This document shows positions 46,719 to 54,435 of a DNA stretch of 64,000 nucleotides, in pieces. The DNA comes from Escherichia coli O157 typing phage 8. The first letter of the stretch is position 1; each line of letters opens with the position of its first letter. Below the pieces are notes generated by a model, which was not told the origin of the DNA, searched no databases, and saw only the letters and a program-made list of their open reading frames with translations. Location of the stretch: sequence record KP869106; one strand, written 5' to 3'. The position numbers and the translations under genes are program-made.

Positions 46719-46732
46719 GAACAGGTGCTTGT

Positions 46733-47137
46733 ATGAAACTTTGTAGAAAATGTTCTCAAGAAAAGCCTTTAAGCTGCTTTCATAAAAGAGGTAATGGCTA
46801 TCAGTCTGCTTGTAAAGATTGTAAAGCTAAGTACTCAGCAAAGAGATACAAAGAAGACCCTACTTATAAAGCAAAAAGAAAAGTTAGGGCAAAATATGAC
46901 AAAAAGAGGAACAGAGAGTTCCTTAGTAGATATAAAAAGTTTTGCAAATGCAGAATATGTGGCGAATCTGAGCCAGTAGCTTTGGATTTTCATCACTTAG
47001 ACCCTAAAGAGAAAGATTTTGCTCCAAGCAATCTTAAAACTTACTCTAGAGGCACTATTAAGCGTGAAGTCCGTAAGTGTGTTGTGCTTTGTTCAAACTG
47101 TCATAGGAAAGTTCATGCAGGACTGTTAAGTATTTAA
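46733..47137 (+). CDS. HNH homing endonuclease embedded in tRNA cluster
   Basis: Cys-rich N-terminal zinc-finger-like region; HNH core FHHLDPKEKDF...CVVLCSNCHRKVH. Confidence 0.75.
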   Translation: MKLCRKCSQEKPLSCFHKRGNGYQSACKDCKAKYSAKRYKEDPTYKAKRKVRAKYDKKRNREFLSRYKKFCKCRICGESEPVALDFHHLDPKEKDFAPSNLKTYSRGTIKREVRKCVVLCSNCHRKVHAGLLSI

Positions 47138-47150
47138 CAGTCTTATTAGG

Positions 47151-47238
47151 GGTAGGTAGCGGCTAATGGCAGCCAAACAGTCTTGAAAACTGTTGCCACT
47201 GTAGAGATACGGTGAGGGTTCGACTCCTTTACTTACCG
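47151..47238 (+). tRNA. tRNA-Ser (anticodon UGA), long variable arm, CCA not encoded
   Basis: Acceptor GGTAGGT/ACTTACC, anticodon stem ACAGT/ACTGT, loop CTTGAAA, T-loop TTCGACT. Confidence 0.55.
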
Positions 47239-47394
47239 CCTAATAAGATTTACTCCGTCCATGCTTGTTCGCATTGTCGGTTTATCCCTCGTGTATTGTC
47301 GTACACTGTCAAAGCACCTAGTAGGTGTCACGGAGAAGAGATAATATCAAGCTCTCCAAAGGTTCTAGTCACCGGATTAAACAAGACTATGCAA

Positions 47395-47415
47395 AGACCT
47401 ATTTAGGTCTTTTTA
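47395..47415 (+). terminator. intrinsic terminator
   Basis: AGACCT-ATTT-AGGTCT followed by TTTTT. Confidence 0.5.
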
Positions 47416-47494
47416 GAGGGCTTCTAAGGTTATTAGTCGCTTGTTGTGGAACCTTGTTGCTCAGGTTCTTAGAAGTTCTCTAAAAAGATTTAAT

Positions 47495-47571
47495 GCACCT
47501 ATAGCCCAACTGGTAGAGGCAGCAGACTTAGAATCTGCTCAGTGTGAGTTCGAATCTCTCTAGGTGTACCA
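47495..47571 (+). tRNA. tRNA with anticodon UAG (Leu by anticodon) but class-I length
   Basis: Acceptor GCACCTA/TAGGTGT, anticodon stem GCAGA/TCTGC, loop CTTAGAA, A73, CCA encoded. Confidence 0.5.
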
Positions 47572-47578
47572 AATTAAT

Positions 47579-47654
47579 GCAGGTGTAGCAAAATGGTTAT
47601 GCGGCTGACTCTTAATCAGTAAGACGATGGGTTCAATTCCCTCCACCTGTACCA
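47579..47654 (+). tRNA. tRNA-Lys-like (anticodon CUU), non-canonical T-stem
   Basis: Acceptor GCAGGTG/CACCTGT, anticodon stem GCTGA/TCAGT, loop CTCTTAA, T-loop TTCAATT, CCA encoded. Confidence 0.5.
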
Positions 47655-47660
47655 AACAAT

Positions 47661-47736
47661 GGGGTCATAGTTTATATGGTTAAAATTCGAGTTTTGCAAA
47701 CTTGGGAACTGAGTTCAATTCTCAGTGACTCCACCA
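47661..47736 (+). tRNA. tRNA-Ala (anticodon UGC)
   Basis: Acceptor GGGGTCA/TGACTCC, anticodon loop TTTGCAA, T-arm CTGAG-TTCAATT-CTCAG, CCA encoded. Confidence 0.65.
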
Positions 47737-47742
47737 ATTAGT

Positions 47743-47817
47743 GCATCCATAGTTTAAACGGGAAAATTACAGTCTTCCAAACTGAGGTTGAGGGTTCGAT
47801 TCCCTCTGGATGCTCCA
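47743..47817 (+). tRNA. tRNA-Gly (anticodon UCC)
   Basis: Acceptor GCATCCA/TGGATGC, anticodon loop CTTCCAA, T-arm GAGGG-TTCGATT-CCCTC, CCA encoded. Confidence 0.65.
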
Positions 47818-47824
47818 AATTAAT

Positions 47825-47900
47825 GCTCCTATCGTATAATTGGTTATTACGGTTGCCTTGTAAGCAACTTATCAGGGTTCGAGTCCTTGTGGGAGCACCA
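47825..47900 (+). tRNA. tRNA-Thr (anticodon UGU)
   Basis: Anticodon stem GTTGC/GCAAC, loop CTTGTAA, T-loop TTCGAGT, CCA encoded. Confidence 0.65.
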
Positions 47901-47904
47901 ATTC

Positions 47905-47990
47905 GGAGGTCAAGTGAAAGACCGCTTTGAGTCAACTGAAGACCGTAACAAATTCCACGAAGTTGAGTTAGCGGCACAACTTCAGACCTC
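47905..47990 (+). repeat. inter-tRNA repeat element (copy 5), long imperfect hairpin
   Basis: GGAGGTC...CTGAAGACCGTAACAAATTCC...CTTCAGACCTC. Confidence 0.4.
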
Positions 47991-47996
47991 TTTCAT

Positions 47997-48071
47997 ACTC
48001 GCTTAGTTTATATGGTAAAACATCACCCTTACAAGATGAAGAAAAAGGTTCAAGTCCTTTAGTGAGTACCA
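47997..48071 (+). tRNA. tRNA-Val (anticodon UAC)
   Basis: Acceptor ACTCGCT/AGTGAGT, D-stem GTTT/AAAC, anticodon loop CTTACAA, T-arm AAAGG-TTCAAGT-CCTTT, CCA encoded. Confidence 0.6.
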
Positions 48072-48072
48072 T

Positions 48073-48150
48073 GTTCCAGTATCCCAATTGGCAGAGGATG
48101 CAAGCTCAAACCTTGTATTAGTGACGGTTCGAATCCGTCTTGGAACACCA
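48073..48150 (+). tRNA. tRNA with anticodon CAA (Leu by anticodon) but class-I length
   Basis: Acceptor GTTCCAG/TTGGAAC, anticodon stem GCAAG/CTTGT, loop CTCAAAC, A73, CCA encoded. Confidence 0.5.
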
Positions 48151-48155
48151 ATTTT

Positions 48156-48231
48156 GCAGGATTAGTTCAAATGGAAAGAGCAACAGTCTACGAAGCTGTT
48201 AATAGGGGTTCGAATCCCTTATCCTGCGCCA
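48156..48231 (+). tRNA. tRNA-Arg (anticodon ACG)
   Basis: Acceptor GCAGGAT/ATCCTGC, anticodon stem ACAGT/GCTGT, loop CTACGAA, T-arm AGGGG-TTCGAAT-CCCTT, CCA encoded. Confidence 0.65.
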
Positions 48232-48248
48232 GATAAAAAGGTGATACT

Positions 48249-48491
48249 ATGCAAACATTAACAGTAGTTGAACATGAAAACTGTGAGAGTATTGAGTTTG
48301 TCAGGGTCATTGGTGTTGAACACCACATTTTCTTAAAAGTGGGATACTTATGTGACCCCACTAGAGTAGAAAGATTTATACGTGATTGTTTTGGTGGTAG
48401 ACATCTGAAGAGTGTTATTTTTGAGACAGTTTTACCAGAAGGTTTAGAAACGAATAATAACATTTACCTCCTTACGAGGATTAGACAATGA
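48249..48491 (+). CDS. hypothetical protein embedded in tRNA cluster
   Basis: 80 aa ORF in-line with downstream ORF. Confidence 0.35.
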   Translation: MQTLTVVEHENCESIEFVRVIGVEHHIFLKVGYLCDPTRVERFIRDCFGGRHLKSVIFETVLPEGLETNNNIYLLTRIRQ

Positions 48492-49045
48492 GATACTTAA
48501 AGTATGCTTCATGGATTTTCTTAGCTTTGTTAGAGCCATTTGCAGCAATCTTAGCAGTTATCTTAGCACCTTTTGTAGTTCCATTCTACAGTGAGAAGAA
48601 AGGACACTTGCCTTTCGGGTTCAGATGGATGGAGACTTATGACAACCCAATTGATGGTGATGCAGGTCATATCAAACGATGGGCTAAGATTAGAAAGATT
48701 GGTAAGCTTGGTGTCTACATGCAGAGAGTTGGATGGCTCTGGAGAAACAAAGCTTATAACTTCTCTTACCATGTATTAGGAAGAGATGTAAAAGATGTTA
48801 CTAAGTGGAAAGGTAATATCAACGTAAGTTCTAACCCTGAAGATAATCAGACTGGTTATCTCCTAATGTGGAACAGTAATGCTTGGGGGTTATTCGCTTT
48901 TGTGCCGTCAATCAAAATCTTTGGTAAACAATTTTACTGGAGAATTTATATTGGGTGGAAACTTAAAAGCGTTGTCCCAGAAGAAAGAGCATTTTCAAGG
49001 GAAAGAGTTATGTTGGCATTCTTTATTCATCCACTAAGAAAGTAA
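48488..49045 (+). CDS. hypothetical membrane protein embedded in tRNA cluster
   Basis: 185 aa, N-terminal hydrophobic helix, Trp/aromatic-rich. Confidence 0.45.
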   Translation: MRYLKYASWIFLALLEPFAAILAVILAPFVVPFYSEKKGHLPFGFRWMETYDNPIDGDAGHIKRWAKIRKIGKLGVYMQRVGWLWRNKAYNFSYHVLGRDVKDVTKWKGNINVSSNPEDNQTGYLLMWNSNAWGLFAFVPSIKIFGKQFYWRIYIGWKLKSVVPEERAFSRERVMLAFFIHPLRK

Positions 49046-49053
49046 AGATTTAA

Positions 49054-49129
49054 AGGGGATTAGTTTACAAGGTTAAAACCTCGGTCTTTGAAATCGAAGA
49101 AGTTGGTTCAATTCCAACATCCCCCGCCA
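49054..49129 (+). tRNA. tRNA-Gln (anticodon UUG)
   Basis: Acceptor AGGGGAT/ATCCCCC with weak 1-72 pair, anticodon loop CTTTGAA, T-arm GTTGG-TTCAATT-CCAAC, CCA encoded. Confidence 0.6.
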
Positions 49130-49131
49130 AT

Positions 49132-49210
49132 GCTCCATTACTCCAATTGGCAGAGAGGCCAGACTTAAAATCTGTGTTATGTATCGGTTCGAATCCGATA
49201 TGGAGTACCA
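49132..49210 (+). tRNA. tRNA with anticodon UAA (Leu by anticodon), short variable region
   Basis: Acceptor GCTCCAT/ATGGAGT, anticodon loop CTTAAAA, T-arm ATCGG-TTCGAAT-CCGAT, A73, CCA encoded. Confidence 0.5.
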
Positions 49211-49215
49211 AATTT

Positions 49216-49291
49216 AGCGGTATAGCATAACTGGCAATGCAGCAGTCTCTGAAGCTGTCCTATTAAGGTTCAAATCCTTATGCCGCTGCCA
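49216..49291 (+). tRNA. tRNA-Gln (anticodon CUG)
   Basis: Acceptor AGCGGTA/TGCCGCT, D-stem GCAT/ATGC, anticodon loop CTCTGAA, T-arm TAAGG-TTCAAAT-CCTTA, CCA encoded. Confidence 0.6.
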
Positions 49292-49322
49292 CTTCTAAGG
49301 ATTCTTACGAGAGTCCTTAAAT

Positions 49323-49398
49323 GTGGCCTTATCATAAATGGTAATGACCCATGCTGTGAACATGGTCTATACGGGTTCAAATCCCGTAGGTCACCCCA
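49323..49398 (+). tRNA. tRNA-His (anticodon GUG)
   Basis: D-stem TCAT/ATGA, anticodon stem CCATG/CATGG, loop CTGTGAA, C73, CCA encoded. Confidence 0.65.
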
Positions 49399-49403
49399 AT
49401 TTA

Positions 49404-49479
49404 TAGTCCAAGTAGCTTATATGGTTAAAGCGCGTGTCTGAAAAACATGAGAAGAGGGTTCAAATCCCACTGGACTACC
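49404..49479 (+). tRNA. tRNA-Phe (anticodon GAA)
   Basis: Anticodon stem CGTGT/ACATG, loop CTGAAAA, T-loop TTCAAAT; acceptor register ambiguous. Confidence 0.5.
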
Positions 49480-50231
49480 AATTTCAAAGGTGCTTAATGA
49501 AAGAGATGACAGAACAAGGTAAGGAGATTTTCAATCTCTTAAAAACCGGTAAAGGGTTTTCTAACCCCCTTATTACTGGTGCAGCAGTTCTCGGTGGAAC
49601 CGTAGCTGCCTCTACATCACTTGTAAGCTCTATTAGCTCTGTATCAGACCCTACAGTAAAGGATAAGCTTGTTGCTGCTGGACTTACAACAGTTCTGCTT
49701 AACAGCTTTACCACGAGTCTGACAAGCACTACATCAACTACCAAAACACTAACAGATTACGGTCAAAAGTCCATTGATGAGTTTTCATCACGTATGCAGG
49801 TAGCAAAAGGTTACTCAAATGTTATGGGTGCAGCAGGTGAACAAGTTGGCTGTACACCATTTAGTGGTATTATGGGTGTTGCTACAGAGTATGGTCAAAA
49901 AGCTATTGATACGATTAACAGTGCACTAGATAGTGTTAATGGTGTGTTAAGTGACTTACAAGATGCTATTGACAAAGGTCTTGATACTATTTCTGATTTA
50001 GCTGAGCAAGCTGTTAGTAAGATTAATGAAGGTATTTCAAAAATTACAGCTTATGCAGATGAAGTTGTGCAGATGATTGAAGAAGAAGCTGCTCTTATTG
50101 CAGAGTACCTTAAAACGAATATCAATGGGTTCTTAGCAGGTATCTTACCAGACTGGTTTGATGATGCTTGTAAAACTGGTGTAATTGACACTATTGCAAC
50201 ACCAGAAATGAAGAACGCATTACAGAAATAA
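49434..50231 (+). CDS. hypothetical protein (Ser/Thr/Ala-rich)
   Basis: ORF-track 5' end overlaps tRNA-Phe; true start probably the ATG near 49497 (MKEMTEQ...). Confidence 0.45.
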   Translation: MSEKHEKRVQIPLDYQFQRCLMKEMTEQGKEIFNLLKTGKGFSNPLITGAAVLGGTVAASTSLVSSISSVSDPTVKDKLVAAGLTTVLLNSFTTSLTSTTSTTKTLTDYGQKSIDEFSSRMQVAKGYSNVMGAAGEQVGCTPFSGIMGVATEYGQKAIDTINSALDSVNGVLSDLQDAIDKGLDTISDLAEQAVSKINEGISKITAYADEVVQMIEEEAALIAEYLKTNINGFLAGILPDWFDDACKTGVIDTIATPEMKNALQK

Positions 50232-50234
50232 ATG

Positions 50235-50326
50235 GAAGATTAACCCTAAAAGGTAAGGGAGCAGTTTGCTAAACTGCCAGTAGCTGAGAAATCGGTGTAC
50301 CAGTTCAAGTCTGGTATCTTCCTCCA
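50235..50326 (+). tRNA. tRNA-Ser (anticodon GCU), long variable arm
   Basis: Acceptor GGAAGAT/ATCTTCC, anticodon stem GCAGT/ACTGC, loop TTGCTAA, ~21 nt variable arm, T-arm ACCAG-TTCAAGT-CTGGT, CCA encoded. Confidence 0.6.
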
Positions 50327-50330
50327 ATTT

Positions 50331-50406
50331 GAATCCGTGACAGAAACGGCTATGTGCCTGTCTGCAAAACAGGTTTATAAGGGTTCGAGTCCCTTCGGAT
50401 TCTCCA
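50331..50406 (+). tRNA. tRNA-Cys (anticodon GCA)
   Basis: Acceptor GAATCCG/CGGATTC, anticodon stem CCTGT/ACAGG, loop CTGCAAA, T-arm AAGGG-TTCGAGT-CCCTT, CCA encoded. Confidence 0.6.
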
Positions 50407-50443
50407 AGTTATTTTACTCTCTCTCAATTAAAATAATAATAAT

Positions 50444-50504
50444 GCCCTGCTATAAGTATTCTTCCTTTCGCTACCGAAGAGTATTTTTAGACAGGGCTTT
50501 TTTA
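50444..50504 (+). terminator. long-stem intrinsic terminator closing the tRNA cluster
   Basis: GCCCTGCTA...TAGACAGGGC extended hairpin followed by TTTTTT. Confidence 0.55.
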
Positions 50505-50628
50505 CAGAGTTATACTTTATAGGAAGACTTATACAGTATGTCTCTGACGTACATTGTGGTTTCTCCTTGACGGTCTCTGTGCCGTCTTTTTTAAGGGGAA
50601 ACATGGTTAACTATTTGGAGAAAACATA

Positions 50629-50829
50629 ATGAGCGAGACCGTTTATAAAGAACTTTATGAAGCTAATAAAAAGCTAGAATTTATGCAGAATACTATCATG
50701 GCAATTGCAGACAGATTGTCTGTAGCAACAGGTATTGATATTAAAGAAGCATCTATGGATGCACTTCTTGATGCTGTTGATGCAAAGTTCGAAGTTAAGA
50801 AAGAAGAGACTGCTACAGACTCTGAATAA
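50629..50829 (+). CDS. hypothetical small protein upstream of terminase
   Basis: 66 aa ORF in-line with terminase gene. Confidence 0.4.
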   Translation: MSETVYKELYEANKKLEFMQNTIMAIADRLSVATGIDIKEASMDALLDAVDAKFEVKKEETATDSE

Positions 50830-50850
50830 TTCTATTTGCGGAGGTGCTTA

Positions 50851-52452
50851 ATGGACTTAAATGCTGTTAAGCAGAAGCGAGTGGAAGATGTTAGGAAAGT
50901 CCTAGCTGGAGAGTTGGGGCTTTCTGATGAAGTAAAAGAAATTATCAAATCATTCGGTAAAGACCCCTCTAAATTCCTTCCAACTCAAATTCTGACTTTA
51001 TTAAGATACACACCAGACCAAGTTAGACTTATCTTCAAATTGATGACTGATAAGAATTATGTAGCCCCTCAGCCGGGTTCTCAAGAGGTCTTTTTAAATA
51101 CTAATGCTGACTTGGTTCTCTATGGTGGTGCTGCTGGTGCTGGTAAAACTGCTGCATTGTTAATGGATTCTTTAAGGTTTATTGAAGACCCTAACTATAA
51201 TGCTGTATATTTCCGTCGAAATACAACACAGCTACAAGGTGGTTTATGGCCTGCTGCAAAGAAACTATTTGGTAAGTTTGGTGGGGTTCCTCACGAGCAG
51301 AAAATGACCATCACATTCCCTTCTGGGGCAACTATCAAGTTTACCTACCTAGAACTTGAAAAGCACGCTGAAGGTCATCAGGGTATTGAATACTCAGCTA
51401 TTTACTTTGACGAAGGTACACACTTCTCTGCTTCACAGATTTCATACCTACAAACCCGTCTACGTTCTGGTGCTGAAGGTGATTCATACATGAAGATTTC
51501 CATGAACCCAGACAGAGACCACTTTATTTACGATTGGGTAGAGCCATTCTTAGATGAAGAAGGCTATCCAGACCCTGAAAAATGTGGTCGTATTCGTTGG
51601 TATGTAATGAACGATGGTGTGATGGTTTCTGATTGGGAGAGAGACAAGATTCTTGAAATGTTCCCTCTTGAGATTCCTCAAACATACACCTTTATCTCTG
51701 GTACGATTGATGATAACCCAATCCTTGACTTCTTAGAGCCTAAGTACCGTGGTAAGTTGGAAAACAACACCCCTGTAAACGTTGCAAGACTTCGTTTCGG
51801 TAACTGGAAGGCTCGTGCAGAAGGTTCAAACTATTGGCAAAGGCAATGGTGTGAGATTGTTGATTCACTCCCAGAAGATGTATTTGATGTTAGAGCATGG
51901 GACTTAGCAGCAACTTTACCATCTGAGATTAACCCTAATCCAGACTGGACAGCAGGTGTTAAGATGGGTAAATCTAAAAAAGACGGTTGCTATTATATCA
52001 TTGATGTAGTAAGATTTAGAGATAGACCCTCTGGAGTCGAAACACAAATTAATTTGACTGCTGAAAGTGACGGTAAGCGAACTGGTATTTTTATCCCTCA
52101 AGACCCAGGCGCTGCTGGTAAATCCTACGCAACATCCCTCATCAGGAAACTTGCCGAGAAAGGTTATCGAGCAAGAGCCAAACCAACAAATAAAGATAAA
52201 GTTACCCGCTTTGCGGGATTTTCTGCTGCTTCTGAAGCTGGACTTGTAAAAGTCTTGAGAGGTAGTTGGAATGAAGCTTACTTTCAAGAACTTGAAGGCT
52301 TTTGTGGTGACGGCAAAACTAAAGATGACCAAGTGGATGCTACCAGTGATGCTTTCAACAGTCTTAACGAAGTTAAATTATTCAAGCCACCATCAATGGG
52401 TGCTCACACAGATTTAGTGAGAGGAAACCCGTATGAGGGGCTTAGACGTTGA
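50851..52452 (+). CDS. terminase large subunit
   Basis: Walker A GGAAGAGKT; start set at ATG 50851 behind GGAGG RBS (ORF opens at 50836); followed by portal gene. Confidence 0.85.
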   Translation: MDLNAVKQKRVEDVRKVLAGELGLSDEVKEIIKSFGKDPSKFLPTQILTLLRYTPDQVRLIFKLMTDKNYVAPQPGSQEVFLNTNADLVLYGGAAGAGKTAALLMDSLRFIEDPNYNAVYFRRNTTQLQGGLWPAAKKLFGKFGGVPHEQKMTITFPSGATIKFTYLELEKHAEGHQGIEYSAIYFDEGTHFSASQISYLQTRLRSGAEGDSYMKISMNPDRDHFIYDWVEPFLDEEGYPDPEKCGRIRWYVMNDGVMVSDWERDKILEMFPLEIPQTYTFISGTIDDNPILDFLEPKYRGKLENNTPVNVARLRFGNWKARAEGSNYWQRQWCEIVDSLPEDVFDVRAWDLAATLPSEINPNPDWTAGVKMGKSKKDGCYYIIDVVRFRDRPSGVETQINLTAESDGKRTGIFIPQDPGAAGKSYATSLIRKLAEKGYRARAKPTNKDKVTRFAGFSAASEAGLVKVLRGSWNEAYFQELEGFCGDGKTKDDQVDATSDAFNSLNEVKLFKPPSMGAHTDLVRGNPYEGLRR

Positions 52453-52468
52453 TAGCTAGGTGAGAAGA

Positions 52469-53935
52469 ATGGCAGATATTACAGAAACACAAGAAAGCTT
52501 ACCACCATTTAGAATGGGTGAAGTAGGTTCTTTGGGTCTGAAGGTTAAGAATGGAAGAATCTATGAAGAACCTCGTCAGGCACTAAGGTTCCCTGAAAGT
52601 ATTAAAACTTTCCAATTAATGATGCGTGACCCTGCTGTAGCAGCATCTGTAAATATTATTAAGATGTTTGTCAGAAAAGTCAACTGGAGATTCGTACCTC
52701 CAAAGGGAAAAGAGCAAGACCCTAAAATGCTTGAAAGAGCAGACTTCTTTAATTCTTTAATGGATGACATGGAGCATGATTGGGCAGATTTTATTAATTC
52801 TGTAATGTCATTCTGCACTTATGGGTTCTGTGTTAACGAGAAAGTTTATAAGAAGCGTCAGGGTAAAAAAGGAAAGTACCAGTCTAAATTTGATGATGGT
52901 CTAATTGGATGGGCTAAATTACCAATCAGAAACCAATCAACACTTGATAAGTGGTATTTTGACGAAGACTTTAGAAAAGTTACAGGTGTTAGGCAGAATC
53001 TGAGAAATGTTTCACATATTGCTGGAGCAATTAATCTCGGAGAAAGACCACTAACAAGAAAACTTCCACGAGCTAAATTCATGCTGTTCAAGTATGACGA
53101 TGAATATGGAAATCCAGAAGGTCGTTCACCATTACTTAATGCTTATGTACCGTGGAAGTATAAAGTACAGATTGAAGAGTATGAAGCTGTTGGTGTTTCA
53201 AGAGACTTGGTAGGTATGCCAAAGATTGGTTTACCACCAGATTATCTGGATGAAAATGCAGAACCTGAAAAGAAAGCTTTCGTACAATACTGCAAAACTG
53301 TTGTCAACGATATGATTGCTAATGACAGAGCAGGTTTAATCTGGCCTAGATATATCGACCCAGATACTAAAGAGGATATTTTCGAGTTCTCATTAGTTTC
53401 TAGACAGGGTGCTAAAGCATACGATACAGGTTCTATTATTGACAGATATTCCAAGCAGATTATGATGGCATTTATGTCAGATGTTCTTGCTATGGGTCAG
53501 TCAAAATACGGTTCATTCTCTCTTGCAGATTCTAAGACAAGCTTATTAGCGATGTCAGTAGATATTCTGCTGAAGCAAATTAAGAACGTAATTAACCGTG
53601 ACTTAGTTGCACAGACTTATGCTCTTAATATGTGGGATGATGAAGAACATGTACAAATCACATATGATGATATCGAAACTCCAGACCTTGAAGCAATTGG
53701 TTCTTATATCCAGAAGACTGTTGCAGTAGGTGCTTTGGAAGTTGACAAAGAGCTATCTAACAAACTTAGAGAGCATATTGGTCTTCCTCCTGCTGATGAG
53801 TCTCAGCCAGTATCTGAAAAGCTTTCTCCAAATAGCCAAAGCCGTTCAGGAGATGGTTATAAGACCGCTGGAGAAGGTACTGCAAAGACACCTTCAGCGA
53901 AAGACCCAAGCACAGCAAATAAGGCAAATAAATAA
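52469..53935 (+). CDS. portal protein
   Basis: About 490 aa ORF immediately downstream of terminase; acidic/basic C-terminal tail. Confidence 0.65.
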   Translation: MADITETQESLPPFRMGEVGSLGLKVKNGRIYEEPRQALRFPESIKTFQLMMRDPAVAASVNIIKMFVRKVNWRFVPPKGKEQDPKMLERADFFNSLMDDMEHDWADFINSVMSFCTYGFCVNEKVYKKRQGKKGKYQSKFDDGLIGWAKLPIRNQSTLDKWYFDEDFRKVTGVRQNLRNVSHIAGAINLGERPLTRKLPRAKFMLFKYDDEYGNPEGRSPLLNAYVPWKYKVQIEEYEAVGVSRDLVGMPKIGLPPDYLDENAEPEKKAFVQYCKTVVNDMIANDRAGLIWPRYIDPDTKEDIFEFSLVSRQGAKAYDTGSIIDRYSKQIMMAFMSDVLAMGQSKYGSFSLADSKTSLLAMSVDILLKQIKNVINRDLVAQTYALNMWDDEEHVQITYDDIETPDLEAIGSYIQKTVAVGALEVDKELSNKLREHIGLPPADESQPVSEKLSPNSQSRSGDGYKTAGEGTAKTPSAKDPSTANKANK

Positions 53936-54435
53936 TGGCTGAAGTTATCTCTATTTCAAATGCTACACGAGTGCATTCGTATAGAGGTGTTCTTATTATC
54001 ACTGACAAATTATCTGTAGAGGCTGGTTCAAGGGTCAGCCTTTCAGGTTATGTAAGTGATGGTGAAACCTCTGACGTTTTCACTATTTGCAGGTTACTTG
54101 ATGCTCCAATGAGTGGAAAACCGTTTATTTCAGGAAATTGTAGTGAAATTGTTAAAATTCCATTTGACAGTTCATGCCTTTTGGGTGTAAAGTTATATAA
54201 CTGCGAGAATAAACGTATCAATGTTAATAGCATTGAAGCCGCTTTCATTACCCTCGACACTGCATTTCAATCTCCAATGACAGTTAATAAAGAAACAAAC
54301 AGACTTGAATACATTTTTTCACAAAATGATTACAAAGTACTTGTCAAAGGCAAAGTATATGATATGATTGTAAATGTGGTAGATGAATCTGGTAACCATT
54401 CAACAGTCCTTAAACAAAAAGTAAGGTTTAATTAA
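53935..54435 (+). CDS. hypothetical structural-module protein
   Basis: ORF with overlapping start/stop. Confidence 0.45.
   Translation: MAEVISISNATRVHSYRGVLIITDKLSVEAGSRVSLSGYVSDGETSDVFTICRLLDAPMSGKPFISGNCSEIVKIPFDSSCLLGVKLYNCENKRINVNSIEAAFITLDTAFQSPMTVNKETNRLEYIFSQNDYKVLVKGKVYDMIVNVVDESGNHSTVLKQKVRFN

Noticed and set aside
49434-49496. N-terminal 21 codons of the ORF-track call 49434..50231
   Set aside because: This portion overlaps tRNA-Phe and my reading of the sequence gives an in-frame stop before the ATG near 49497; the real start is probably that internal ATG. Hand-counted coordinates here disagree with the ORF track by 1 nt, so this is flagged, not asserted.
44836-50406. tRNA cluster as a prophage or island integration (att) site
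   Set aside because: About 27 tRNAs are packed together with phage promoters, an HNH endonuclease and phage structural genes on both sides, and no integrase is present; this is a phage-encoded tRNA array, not a host tRNA target.
50295-50522. 75 aa plus-strand ORF
   Set aside because: Overlaps tRNA-Cys and the downstream terminator hairpin; almost certainly not coding.
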